NCBI GenBank assembly: GCA_044220955.1
Contig: JBGAQA010000008.1
Span: 1-64,000, forward strand
Direction: 5' to 3'
DNA from: Sandaracinaceae bacterium
GTDB taxonomy: Bacteria; Myxococcota_A; Polyangia; Polyangiales; Sandaracinaceae
DNA: 64,000 bases
This document shows positions 19,127 to 30,467 of the stretch, in pieces; position 1 is the stretch's first letter; every line of letters starts with the position of its first letter. The notes beneath the pieces were generated by a model, which did not search any database, had not been told where the DNA came from, and saw nothing but the letters and a program-made list of their open reading frames with translations. The position numbers and the translations under genes were made by a program.

Positions 19127-21688
19127 TCAGCGCACGATCGCGTCGAAGCAGAACTCGCGCTGGCCCGCGCTGCTGGGCACGACCTCGATCTCGAGGTCGT
19201 GGGTTCCCTCGGGGATCGTCGCCGTCCCCTCGGCCCACGCGATCCCGTTGGGCACGGCGATCTCGGTGATCTGCGCTCCGTCGGCGCGCGCGCGCAGCAG
19301 GATGGGCCCGCCCGTGCCTCGCGCCTGCGTCGCGTCGGCGACGCCGCCGCCGAGCACGAGCGTTCCTTCGGGCACCACGTCGGTCCACGTGAAGCTCAGC
19401 GTCTGTCCGTGGGCGGGGCCCGCCGCGATGCACGAGTGGTAGCGGCCGTCGATGCACTGCTCGGTCCGCTCGATCGTGAACTGCGGCATGCTCGGGCAGC
19501 GCGTCCCGCCCGCGGGCGGATGCTCCTCGCAGACCTCGTTGCCAGCCTCCCGCGGGATCCGGATGATCGCCTCGTCGAGGTGGTAGGCCAGGTGCATCCC
19601 GCGGGCGTTGCGCCCGACGACGAGCGCGAGGCCGAGCAGCGGAAGGACGCAGACGAGGGCCGGCCAGTGCGCGTGGATCGCGCCGCGCGCGCGCTCCGGG
19701 ATCTTGCGCTCGGCCACGCCTCGCACCCGCGTGGCGATCGCGGCGCGCAGGGCTGCGACCCGGCTCGAGCCGGACCCGACCACGACGACGCTCGCGAGCC
19801 CGAGCAGCGTGAGCAGCAGGCCGAGCATGTCGAGCGCCCGCGTCGCGCGATATCGAACCACGACCTCGTGCGCGCCCGCCGGCAGGCTCAGACGCATGAG
19901 TCGAAGATGCGGGCTGTCGACCACGCGCTCCTCGGTGATCGGGATCTCGACGCCGTCCGCGCTCGCGACCCAGCCCGGAGCGAGCGCGCGGCGCACGATG
20001 ACGCTGCGGGCGCCGTTGGGCTCGAACACGACGCGCTCGTCTTCGAGGTGCGTCACGTGTGGGCTCACCTGCGCGTCTGCATCGCTGACGACCTCGCTCG
20101 ACCAGTCGCGTAGCTCGCAGAGGCGCGCCGAGCCGAACGTGTCGACCTCGGTGCACTGCGTCGCCAGGCGCGGCGGAAGCGCCGCGAACGCGACGACGTA
20201 GCGCACGCCGATCGCGCGCAGCATGTCGGGGTCGAGCCCGTCGGGAGTGTTGCGGAACGCCTCGCCGACGTAGACGCCCGGCGTGTAGCCGGGCCGGTCG
20301 GTGTAGGCGGGCGAGGCCTGCCCGAGGTGCGTCCACTCGTGCACGTAGGCGACGCGGTAGAAGCGGTCGCGGGGCTGGCGGCCGATCCAGGCCCAGACGG
20401 CCTGGAAGTCGTTCCACTCGGGCAGCGTCGCCGTCGTCGTCACGTCGCGTCGGAGCAGCACGGTCGCGATGGCCTCGGGCACGTCGGGCGTGAACGGTGC
20501 GAGCAGCGCGAGCGTCGCGAGCACGCCGACGATCCCGCTCGGCTTCGCGAGCACCGCGCGCAGGCTCGGGCCCGTCCGGGCGACGACGTCGTGCACGACG
20601 ACGCCCGCGAGCGCGAAGTAGAGCGGCTTGGCGATCATCAGCATCCGCGGGAACACGATGCGTCCGAGCGGCGGGAGCCAGCGCGCTGCGTCGAAGGTCA
20701 AGAACCAGCCGCAGCTGTAGACGAGCGTCGCCGCGACCGCGAGGACGGCGACGAAGCGGCGCGAACCGCGCGAGAAGAGGCTCGACGCGAGACCGAGCGA
20801 GACGAGGACGCCCTCCCAGGGCCCGCCGCCCCACACGCCCTCGGCGCGCACCATGCGAGCCCCGATGTCGGCCGTGGTCGTGCAGAGCTGACCGTGGTCG
20901 TCCAGCCAGGCGGAGAGGCCGAGCATCGGCAGCATCCACCATGCCGCGATCATCCCGGCGACGGTCACGACCGGCAGTACGCGCGCGAGTGTCTCGCGGC
21001 CCATACCTCTCTCTCTGCCGTCGGTGGTCCGCACCAGGAGCAGGATCGGGACGATCATCGCGATCGCGATCAGGCACATCTGGTGCGAGAAGAGCGCGAT
21101 CCCGAGGAGCACCATCGCGCGCGCCCGGGCTCGTCGCCCTCGCGTGGTCGCCGCCCCTGCCTCCACGAACACCAAGAGGTCGGCGAGGCCGAAGAAGAGC
21201 ACGCACATCGCCAAGGACATCGGCCAGACGCCGAAGATCACGTCGTAGAACCAGCCGCCCTCGCTGTGGGTGCCCGGGTCGGCGAGCGCGAGCATCGCGG
21301 CCGCGAGCGCGCCGACGCGGCCCGCTCCGAGCACCCGGGCGAGGCGGTACACGCACGCGCCCACGAGCACGCGGAAGCCCGCGAAGGCGAGGGCGTAGGT
21401 CTGGTGCCACTCGAGCCACGGGGTGAAGCAGCGGAACGCGAGCACCCAGAGCAGCCCGGCCGGGCCGTACACGGTGTTCAGCGGCACGCCGGCCTGCTCG
21501 AGATCCGTCCAGCCGCGCAGCGCGGGCAGCAGATGGTTCCAGGTCAGGATCGCCTTGCCGAGGTGCGAGCCGTGATCCCAGCCGATCGGCGGAGAGAGCC
21601 CCGCGGACAGCCCCGGCCAGAGCTGCGCGATCGCGACGGCGGCGATCGCGCAGAGCGCCAGGAGGCCGTGGATGCGGTCGGCTTTCAT
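19127..21688 (-). CDS. Large GT-C-like membrane protein (YfhO / PTPS-related type)
   Basis: GWDHGSHLGK, GVPLNTVYGP, many TM helices, IGVRYVV and PGWVASADG...LPAGAHEVVVRY (YfhO-like C-terminus). Confidence 0.7.
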   Translation of the reverse strand: MKADRIHGLLALCAIAAVAIAQLWPGLSAGLSPPIGWDHGSHLGKAILTWNHLLPALRGWTDLEQAGVPLNTVYGPAGLLWVLAFRCFTPWLEWHQTYALAFAGFRVLVGACVYRLARVLGAGRVGALAAAMLALADPGTHSEGGWFYDVIFGVWPMSLAMCVLFFGLADLLVFVEAGAATTRGRRARARAMVLLGIALFSHQMCLIAIAMIVPILLLVRTTDGRERGMGRETLARVLPVVTVAGMIAAWWMLPMLGLSAWLDDHGQLCTTTADIGARMVRAEGVWGGGPWEGVLVSLGLASSLFSRGSRRFVAVLAVAATLVYSCGWFLTFDAARWLPPLGRIVFPRMLMIAKPLYFALAGVVVHDVVARTGPSLRAVLAKPSGIVGVLATLALLAPFTPDVPEAIATVLLRRDVTTTATLPEWNDFQAVWAWIGRQPRDRFYRVAYVHEWTHLGQASPAYTDRPGYTPGVYVGEAFRNTPDGLDPDMLRAIGVRYVVAFAALPPRLATQCTEVDTFGSARLCELRDWSSEVVSDADAQVSPHVTHLEDERVVFEPNGARSVIVRRALAPGWVASADGVEIPITEERVVDSPHLRLMRLSLPAGAHEVVVRYRATRALDMLGLLLTLLGLASVVVVGSGSSRVAALRAAIATRVRGVAERKIPERARGAIHAHWPALVCVLPLLGLALVVGRNARGMHLAYHLDEAIIRIPREAGNEVCEEHPPAGGTRCPSMPQFTIERTEQCIDGRYHSCIAAGPAHGQTLSFTWTDVVPEGTLVLGGGVADATQARGTGGPILLRARADGAQITEIAVPNGIAWAEGTATIPEGTHDLEIEVVPSSAGQREFCFDAIVR

Positions 21689-21785
21689 GCGCGGGAGCGC
21701 GAGTAGATCGCACGCGTGCCGCGGCTGTCCAGCGCTCGCACGTACGTTGCTCGCCGAGCGGGCCCGGGCGATAGTCGGGCCGAGC

Positions 21786-22937
21786 ATGCGCGTCCGAGGC
21801 CTTCTCGCGCTCACGGTCCTCGCGATCGTCGGGTGCCGCACGCACACCGTGGACGACTGCCGCCTGCCGTGTGACGACGACGATCGCGCGTACTTCGCCG
21901 CGTGCGTCGCCTCGGGCAACGACGACGACCCCACGCAGGTCTGCGAGGCGGGCAACCGCCGTTGCTGCGCGCTCACCGCCGACTGCCTCGGCGATCTCGA
22001 CGATCAGACGGTGGTGACGAGCGTGGCGAGCTGCATCGACGTCACGGCCACGAACTGCGACCGGCCCTGCGACGACGCGGACGAGGTGGCCTACGAGGGC
22101 TGCGTCGCGGCGGGCAGCGCGACGTGCGCGTCGGGGGACGAGACCTGCTGTGGCCTCGAGGCCGGCTGCCTCGGCTCGCTGGGCGACCTGCTCATCAGCG
22201 CGGACGGATGTTGCAGCGACGCGTCCGACTGCCCGGCGTCGCTCTCGTGCGACCCGAGCACGTGGACCTGCGGGGGCGCGCCCGCGGGCTGCGGCGACGG
22301 CACGCAGAGCGCCACGGAGGAGTGCGACGACGCCAACATGGTGACCGAGTCGTGCAGCTACGGGGCGATGAGCTGCACGGTCTGCGACGCGAGCTGCCAC
22401 TCGGTCGCCGGCGCGACCCGGCGCTGCGGCGACGGCACCATCGACCTCTCGGACGGCGAGGAGTGCGAGCCGCCCGACGATCCCTCGATCTGCGACGCGA
22501 GCTGTCACTCGCTGCAGCCCGCGAGCTGCACCAACCAGGTGCAGGACGGGACGGAGAGTGACGTCGACTGCGGTGGGAGTACCTGCGCGGCCTGCCGCTC
22601 GGCGGCAGTCTGCACGGCCCAGAGCGACTGCCGCGCGCTGTTTCCCGCGTGCCGAGGCCTGGCCGACTGCACCGGGACGGTCACTTCCCCGGGCGTCTGC
22701 GTGGAGACGACCTCGTGCGACGACGGCGACTCCTGCACCGACGACCCGTGCGACGCGAGCGGCGCGTGCACGATGCACACGCCCATCGATCGCGACCACG
22801 ACGGAGACGGGCCGCACTCGGGAGACTGCGGGCTCGACTGCAACGATGCCGACCCGGACGTCTACGGTGGCGCCGCCGAGCTGTGTGACCGCATCGACAA
22901 CGACTGCGACACCCTCGTCGACGAGTCGTGCACGTGA
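21786..22937 (+). CDS. Cys-rich lipoprotein with myxobacterial CGDG repeats and C-terminal MopE-like metal-binding motif
   Basis: Lipobox IVGC; CGDG...EECDD x2; DGTESDVDCGG; CDDGDSCTDDPC; DCNDADPDVYGGAAELCDRIDNDCD. Confidence 0.85.
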   Translation: MRVRGLLALTVLAIVGCRTHTVDDCRLPCDDDDRAYFAACVASGNDDDPTQVCEAGNRRCCALTADCLGDLDDQTVVTSVASCIDVTATNCDRPCDDADEVAYEGCVAAGSATCASGDETCCGLEAGCLGSLGDLLISADGCCSDASDCPASLSCDPSTWTCGGAPAGCGDGTQSATEECDDANMVTESCSYGAMSCTVCDASCHSVAGATRRCGDGTIDLSDGEECEPPDDPSICDASCHSLQPASCTNQVQDGTESDVDCGGSTCAACRSAAVCTAQSDCRALFPACRGLADCTGTVTSPGVCVETTSCDDGDSCTDDPCDASGACTMHTPIDRDHDGDGPHSGDCGLDCNDADPDVYGGAAELCDRIDNDCDTLVDESCT

Positions 22938-24625
22938 GGGCGGCGCGCCACGCGCTCGGCCTGGCGCTGGGCTTCGCGATCGTGCTGGGCATCGCGCCGC
23001 TGGTTCGCGACCAGGGCGTCGCGCTCGACCAGTACCGCGCGGCCGAGACGCCGCTCGACGGCTTCGCGGTGACGCGCGCCCGCTCGCTCGGGCACCTGCG
23101 CCTGGCTGCGAGCCTCCACCTCGACTACGCGCTCTCGCCGCTGCGCGGTGCCGCCTCGCCTTCGGGCGTCGCCCTCGTCGACCACGAGCTCGCCGCGCAG
23201 GCGGGCGTCGCACTCGGCCTCTTCGACCGCGTGATCGTGGCCGCGCGGCTGCCGGTCGTCCTGTACATGGGTGGTCCGGCGGCGATGGCTGGCGCGCCGT
23301 TCACGCGCGACCCGGCCGCCAGCGGCGCGGGGCTCGGCGATCTCGCGCTCTCGTTCCGCTACCGGCTCGTGGGCGAAGATCGGGACACGTTCGCGCTCGC
23401 GCTGAGCACCGAGGCGACGATCCCGCTCGCCGAGGCCGCCTCGACCGCCCAGGACCTGGGCGGCGAGGCCGGTGTGACCTTCACGCCCGAGCTGGTGGGC
23501 GAGCTGCGCTTCTGGCCCGTGCGCATCACCGTCGACCTCGGCGCGCGCTTTCGCGAGACGGCGCTCTACCGCTCGCTGCGCGTCCAGCACGAGCTCACGT
23601 GGGCCCTGGCGCTCTCCGTCGACGTGGTGCCCGACGTGCTCGAGATCATGCTCGAGGGCTTCGGCGCGACCCCGTTCGCCCGCTTCGCGAACGCGGCGAC
23701 CTCGCCCGTCGAGCTGCTGCTCGGGGCGCGCGTGCGGCCGCTCCCACCTCTGTTCGTCGGCCTCGCAGGGGGGCTCGGGCTCGGCGACGCGTACGGCAAC
23801 CCGGAGCTTCGCGGCGTGCTGACGATCGGCTACGCGGACGTCGACGGCATCGCCGCCGACCGCGTCGTGCCCGAGCCGGAGGTCACGGCGACCGTCGACC
23901 CGTCCGGGGCCAGCGCCGCGCCGGAGGTGACCGCGCCCGAGCCGGATGTCGAGGCCCTCGTCCCCGAGCGCGAGCGCGTCCTGCCGCCGGCCGAGGGGAC
24001 GTACGGCCAGCTCGATCGCGACGGCGATCGCATCGTCGACGCCGACGACGCGTGCGTGCTCGATGCCGAGGACTACGACGAGATCGAGGACGCGGATGGC
24101 TGCCCCGAGCAGGACGCCGATCACGACTCGGTCGCGGACGTCGAGGACGCGTGCGCGACGACGCCCGGCGTCCACACCGACGATCCGGCGACGAGCGGCT
24201 GCCCGGCGCGCGCCTACGTGACCGAGCGCGGCGCGATCGTCATCACCGACCGCGTGGAGTTCGCGACGGGCAGCGACCGCATCCTTCGCCAGAGCGAGGC
24301 CGTGCTCGGCGACGTGCTCGCGATCCTGCAGAGCGCAGAGGACGTGACGCGCATCCGGATCGAGGGACACACCGACGATCGCGGCCGGGACGCCGCGAAC
24401 CTGCGGCTCTCGACCGCGCGGGCGGCCAGCGTGCGTCGCTGGCTCGAGGCGCACGGGATCGCGAGCGAGCGCCTCGAGGCGTGGGGCTGCGGCGAGCTGC
24501 ACCCGCTCGAGACGGGCACCAGCACGCGCGCCCGCCAGGCGAACCGGCGTGTCGAGTTCTTCATCGTTCAACCGCCGTCGCCCGATCTCGTGCTGCGCGA
24601 GCACTGCGTGGAGGCGACGCCATGA
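22934..24625 (+). CDS. Outer-membrane beta-barrel + thrombospondin-3 repeats + OmpA C-terminal domain (TraB-like architecture)
   Basis: GAGLGDL barrel motif; DRDGDRIVDADDAC...DGCPEQDADHD; FATGS, IEGHTD, NLRLSTARA, RQANRRVEF. Confidence 0.9.
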   Translation: MRAARHALGLALGFAIVLGIAPLVRDQGVALDQYRAAETPLDGFAVTRARSLGHLRLAASLHLDYALSPLRGAASPSGVALVDHELAAQAGVALGLFDRVIVAARLPVVLYMGGPAAMAGAPFTRDPAASGAGLGDLALSFRYRLVGEDRDTFALALSTEATIPLAEAASTAQDLGGEAGVTFTPELVGELRFWPVRITVDLGARFRETALYRSLRVQHELTWALALSVDVVPDVLEIMLEGFGATPFARFANAATSPVELLLGARVRPLPPLFVGLAGGLGLGDAYGNPELRGVLTIGYADVDGIAADRVVPEPEVTATVDPSGASAAPEVTAPEPDVEALVPERERVLPPAEGTYGQLDRDGDRIVDADDACVLDAEDYDEIEDADGCPEQDADHDSVADVEDACATTPGVHTDDPATSGCPARAYVTERGAIVITDRVEFATGSDRILRQSEAVLGDVLAILQSAEDVTRIRIEGHTDDRGRDAANLRLSTARAASVRRWLEAHGIASERLEAWGCGELHPLETGTSTRARQANRRVEFFIVQPPSPDLVLREHCVEATP

Positions 24626-27009
24626 GCCGGCGCTCGCTCGGTCTCGCGCTGGGTCTCTGGCTCGCGTCGGCCGCGGCCGCACACGGGCAGGAGACGGTGG
24701 AGCAGTACACCGTCCAGGAAGGCGATACGTGCGCGACCATCGCCGAGCGCTGGTACGGCAGCCCTCGTCGCTACGACCGCATCCACGCGCACAACCCCGA
24801 GCTCGGACCGATGCCCCACCACCTGCACGCCGGGCAGGTGCTCGCGCTCCCCGTGCCGCGGGAGCGTGGCGCAGACGCGACGCTCACCGACGCCCGTGGC
24901 GCGGTGCGGACGCAGCGATCCAGCGAGTCGTCCATGGGCAGCGCCCGCATCGGTGACGAGCTCTCGGCCGGCGGCCGCGTGAGCACGGGTGAGCGCTCCA
25001 CGGCCGAGCTGACGTTTCGATCCTCGTCCGTCGCCGCGATCCGCGAGGAGACGCTGGTGATCGTGCACGGCGCATCGGTCGAGCGCGTCCGCGAGGAGGG
25101 CACCCACGCCGAGGTCCGCGAGGGCGCGATGCTCAGCCGCCTCTCGTCGCTCTCCGGGGGCGCACCGCTCGTCGTCGACACGCCCGCCGCGCAGGTGGTG
25201 ATGCACGAGGGCGAGGTCAGCCTCGACGTCTCGTCGAGCGGAGACACGGCGGTCTCGACGCACGCCGGACGCCCGGCGGACGTGAGCGCCGCGTCGCAGA
25301 CCGTCGCGGTTCCGAGCGGCCAGGGCACGCTCGTGCGGCGCGGTCATCCGCCCTCGCCACCGCGCCCCCTCCCGCGCGCTCCTGCCTGGGCGTCGGGAGA
25401 GAGCCGCTCGTTCCTCGGCGCCGTGGGCAGTGGCGGCGCGATGAGCGGCAGCTGGCTGCCCGTGACGGGGGCCAGCGCCTATCGCGTGGAGGTCGCGCGT
25501 CGCGAGGACGGACGCGACCTCGTGTTCCAGGCCGAGGTCGGCGCCAGCGTCACGCGCTTCGAGGCGTACCACTTCCCGCCGGGCGTCTACTTCGTGCGGG
25601 TCGCGACGCTCGACGACGAGCGCCTCGAGGGTCGGCCCGGCGGTGGCGAGCGCTTCGAGGTCGTGGGCGTGCGCTTCGTGGCACCCGGGGAGCCGATCCC
25701 CGAGCCGGCCCACGAGCCGGTGGACGTCCTCGAGGAGCTCGACGCGCTCTCGGACGCCGCGCTCTTCGCGACGAGCGCGCCGCCGCCCCCCGAGGTGCTG
25801 CGCGGCGCGCGCGCCGTGGTGCCCGAGGGCGTCGTCTGCGCGATGGGCGCCAGCGCGCCCGCGCACGAGCTCGTGCTCGACGCGATGGGAACGGCGTTCC
25901 TGACGTGCGTCGACGCGGCCGGCGCCAACATCGCCGGCATGAACGTGTCGGTCGTCGGGATCCGCGCCACGCTGCGGACGCCCGACGGGGCCGAGCTCGG
26001 TGCGATCACGACCGGGACGACCGTGCCCGTCGTCATCCACCTCGACGCGGGCGCGCCGGACGAGAGCGCGATCCTCGCGACGGGCGGCCCGGGCCTGACG
26101 GTGTCCGATCTCGCGCCGCACGGCGACGGCGAGCTCGCCGCGACGCTCGGCGTCGCCGCGGACGCGCCCGGGTCGATCTCGCTGACGCTCGCGGGACGCA
26201 CGGCTCCCGAGCTCGCGCTGGGCATGGTGAGGGTCGCGACCGTGCCACCACCACCACCGCCGCCGCCGCCGCCGCCGCCGCCTCCGCTGCCGCCCTTCGC
26301 ACTGCACGAGGGCCTGGGGCTCTTCGCGATGCCGAGCTGGGTCGGGCTGCGTGACGAGCAGCGCACCGGCGTCGGCGGCACGATCGGCATGACGTTCGCG
26401 AGCGCGCGCCTCGGCGAGCCCGACCCGCGCGTGCGCCTCGTCGCCGGCGCGAGCGCCGGCCTCTTCGACGACTACCTCCGCATCGCCGCCGTCGCGCCGC
26501 TCGACGTGCTCGGCCAGGCGTCGCGTAGCGCCGATCTCGGCGCCCGAGACCTCTTCGTCTCGCTCGGGTCGCGCCTGCTCGCTTCCCGCTCGACCCGCGG
26601 CTTCGGGCTCGCGATCGACGCTGGGCTCTGGACGCCGACCGCGGCCGCGGCCGGGCTGAACCGAGCGCGCCTGCAGGTCGGGACCGATCTCTCGCTGCGC
26701 ATCGCGAACGTCGTCGCCCTGCGCACGCGCCAGGCCGGGATCTTCGACCTCGCCGGTCCGGCCGCGACGCTCTGGGCCAGCGCGTACGGTGTCGACGTCG
26801 CGATCGCGCTCCCGCTCACGCTCGGCGTCGAGGGCACGATGACGATCGGCCGCGAGGACGGCCGCGACTGGTACGCCGGAGGCGTCGCGCTCGCGCTCGG
26901 GCTCGACCTGAGCCCCGTGTTCCTCTCGCTCGCCGGTCGCTACGGCTTCGGCGACGACCTCTGGCCCGCCGCCACGATCGCGCTCTCCGCCCGCGCCGCG
27001 TTCCAGTAG
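24622..27009 (+). CDS. Exported LysM-FecR-FN3-like protein with poly-Pro linker and C-terminal beta-barrel
   Basis: Signal peptide; LysM YTVQEGDTCATIAERWYG...HNP...GQVLALP; FecR-like GGRVSTGERSTAELTF...VDTPAAQ; WLPVTGASAYRVEV...PGVYFVRV; run of 13 Pro; amphipathic strands to the C-terminus. Confidence 0.82.
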   Translation: MSRRSLGLALGLWLASAAAAHGQETVEQYTVQEGDTCATIAERWYGSPRRYDRIHAHNPELGPMPHHLHAGQVLALPVPRERGADATLTDARGAVRTQRSSESSMGSARIGDELSAGGRVSTGERSTAELTFRSSSVAAIREETLVIVHGASVERVREEGTHAEVREGAMLSRLSSLSGGAPLVVDTPAAQVVMHEGEVSLDVSSSGDTAVSTHAGRPADVSAASQTVAVPSGQGTLVRRGHPPSPPRPLPRAPAWASGESRSFLGAVGSGGAMSGSWLPVTGASAYRVEVARREDGRDLVFQAEVGASVTRFEAYHFPPGVYFVRVATLDDERLEGRPGGGERFEVVGVRFVAPGEPIPEPAHEPVDVLEELDALSDAALFATSAPPPPEVLRGARAVVPEGVVCAMGASAPAHELVLDAMGTAFLTCVDAAGANIAGMNVSVVGIRATLRTPDGAELGAITTGTTVPVVIHLDAGAPDESAILATGGPGLTVSDLAPHGDGELAATLGVAADAPGSISLTLAGRTAPELALGMVRVATVPPPPPPPPPPPPPPLPPFALHEGLGLFAMPSWVGLRDEQRTGVGGTIGMTFASARLGEPDPRVRLVAGASAGLFDDYLRIAAVAPLDVLGQASRSADLGARDLFVSLGSRLLASRSTRGFGLAIDAGLWTPTAAAAGLNRARLQVGTDLSLRIANVVALRTRQAGIFDLAGPAATLWASAYGVDVAIALPLTLGVEGTMTIGREDGRDWYAGGVALALGLDLSPVFLSLAGRYGFGDDLWPAATIALSARAAFQ

Positions 27010-27153
27010 GGGTCACTCCACACCCACCCAACCCCGTGAAAACACGGCGCTCTGGCGGGTAGATGCGCTGTACACAATTCGCAGAAGTGTCTTGCGCACT
27101 TGGCCGCCAGATCGTTGTGATCTCGCGTAGTTGGGTACCCGTGGAGTGACCCC
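27009..27153. repeat. 145-bp imperfect palindromic element with 13-bp perfect terminal inverted repeats
   Basis: GGGGTCACTCCAC (27009-27021) and GTGGAGTGACCCC (27141-27153); internal arms also pair (ACCCAAC, TCTGGCGG, TGCGC, ACAC); lower GC than the flanks. Confidence 0.85.
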
Positions 27154-27187
27154 GTCAGCGGACCCCGTCCCCCGTCAGCGGACCCCG

Positions 27188-27193
<6 letters not shown>
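27148..27193. repeat. Short tandem duplications of GACCCCGTCAGCG
   Basis: Full copies at 27148-27160 and 27181-27193 with partial copies between; the last contains the kinase stop codon. Confidence 0.85.
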
Positions 27194-28515
<1,322 letters not shown>

Positions 28516-28519
<4 letters not shown>

Positions 28520-30294
28520 GGGCGCAGCTCCCAGAGGTGCACCGGCTCGGCCCAGCCGGAGAGCCGGTGCAGGTCCGCGTCGAGCATCTCGAAGTGCTCG
28601 CCCGCGGCGGCCTTCACCGCGTCCGTCACCAGGATCTGGGCGGGCCGTGCGATCGCCTCGAGCCGCGCCGCCATGTTCACGACGCTCCCGATCGCCGTGT
28701 ACTCCATGCGCTTCTCGGAGCCGATGTTGCCGACCACCGCGTCGCCCGTGTGCACGCCGATCGCGAGCTGGATCGTCACGCCGTGGCGCTGCTTCCATCG
28801 CTCGTTGCCGGTCTCGAGCCACGCCTGCATGTCCTCGGCGGCCTCGAGCGCCCGGCGCACGTGGTCGGCCTGCTCGCCGGGGGCGCCCCAGAACGCCATC
28901 ACGCAGTCGCCGACGAACTTGTCGACGGTGCCGCCGTGCTTGAAGACGATCTCGGTGAGGATCGTGAAGAGCTCGTTGAGGATCGCCACCGTCGCCTCGG
29001 GCGGCAGGCGCTCGGCCAGCGGCGTGAAGCCCACCACGTCGGCGAAGAGCACGGTGATCGTGCGGCGGTCTCCGCCGAGGCGCATGTCCGCTTCGCGGCG
29101 CACGATGCGATCGACGAGCTGCTCCGGGACGTAGCGCCCGAGGTCGGTGCGGATCGCCACCTCTTTCCGGATCTGCTGCTCGCTCTCCGCGAGGTCGCGC
29201 GCCGCGCGGTTCAGCGTCTGCCCGAGCACCGCGAGCTCGTCCTTCGTGCCGACCTCCACGCGCTCGTCGAAGCGCCGCTCCGAGAGGCGCCGCGCGAACG
29301 CCGTGAGCCGCCCGAGCGGCCGGCTGATCGCGCCCGCCATCGTGAGGCCGAGCAGGAGGGCCACCAGGATCGCCGCGAGCACGACGCCCGCGATGATCAG
29401 CCGCATGTGCCCGAGCGATGCGTACGCGATCGACTGAGGCACCTGCGCGACGAGCGCCCAGGGGTGCCCGGCGATACCCGACGTCGAGCCGAGCATCGGG
29501 GTTCCGTCCGGCGCCGTGTACTCGCCCGCCTGGCTGAAGCGCGGGACCAGCATCTCGCTCGTCACGCTCGCGAGGATGCCGCCGTGCAGCTCGTCGCGGG
29601 CGAGCGTGCGCTCCACGCTCGGATGCGCGACGAGCCGGAAGCTCTGGTCCACGACGAAGATCGCGTCGGCTTGCCCCGGGAAGTGCGCCTCGCGCAGCTC
29701 GGCCACGCGCGCCTGGATCGGCGCGAGCGAGACGGCGGACGCCACGTAGCCCGTCGTGCGATCGCCGACGCGGATCCGCACCGCGACGAGCGCCCGCAGG
29801 CCTCGTGACGTGCTCGTGATCGCGCCGGTCGCGACGTGGGCGCGCTCGATCTCCTCGCGCATCTCGGCGGGAAGCGTCTCGGGCACCTCGACGCCGCGCA
29901 CGGCCTCTTCCTCGATCACGACGATGCGCGCGCCCTCGGCATCGTAGAGCGCAGCGTGGTCGATGGCGCCGTTGCCCTCGATGTGGCTGCGCAGCACGGC
30001 GAGGCGCGTTGCGTCGTCGAGCGTGGGGTCGGCGAAGAGAGCGCCTCCCACCGCGAGCGCGTCCTCCGCGCGGCCGAGCTCGGCGTCGATCGTCCGCGAG
30101 AGATCGTCGAGCGCGAGGATCTCCTGCTCGCGCACCATTTCCTCCACGGTCTCTGCGTTCACGTTCACGAGCAGCACGCCCACGACCGCGAGCGGGAGCA
30201 CCGCGAGCAGGCAGGCCATGGCGCCGAGCTTCGCGAACAAGGGCACGCGCACGCGGACGTTCGGGTCGGCCGGAGCCGCGCCTGGTTCGGTCAT
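28516..30294 (-). CDS. Class III adenylate cyclase with periplasmic Cache-like sensor and HAMP
   Basis: Two TM helices around a sensor domain; HAMP ISRPLGRL...KDELAVL; LFADVVGFT, DKFVGDCVMA, EYTAIGSVVNMAARLE. Confidence 0.93.
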
Positions 30295-30467
30295 GTCGCG
30301 CGGGAGTATACCGGCGGGCCCGTGTCCGTCGGTTCCCGCGAAGATCCGGTCTGGCTGACGCTGGCGTGACGCACGTGTTGCGCCCTGCCCGCTCGGGCGG
30401 TTGCGTGACGTGCGCGGATTCTCACGTTGTTTCCGGCGTGCCCAGCGGTGCGCCAGGAGCATCGAGC

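Noticed and set aside
21786..22937. Calling this gene traA
   Set aside because: No MYXO-CTERM tail or recognisable variable domain; it is a lipoprotein with a different C-terminus.
26245..26295. CCA/CCG trinucleotide run as a phase-variation tract
   Set aside because: In-frame poly-Pro linker; unit changes would not shift the frame.
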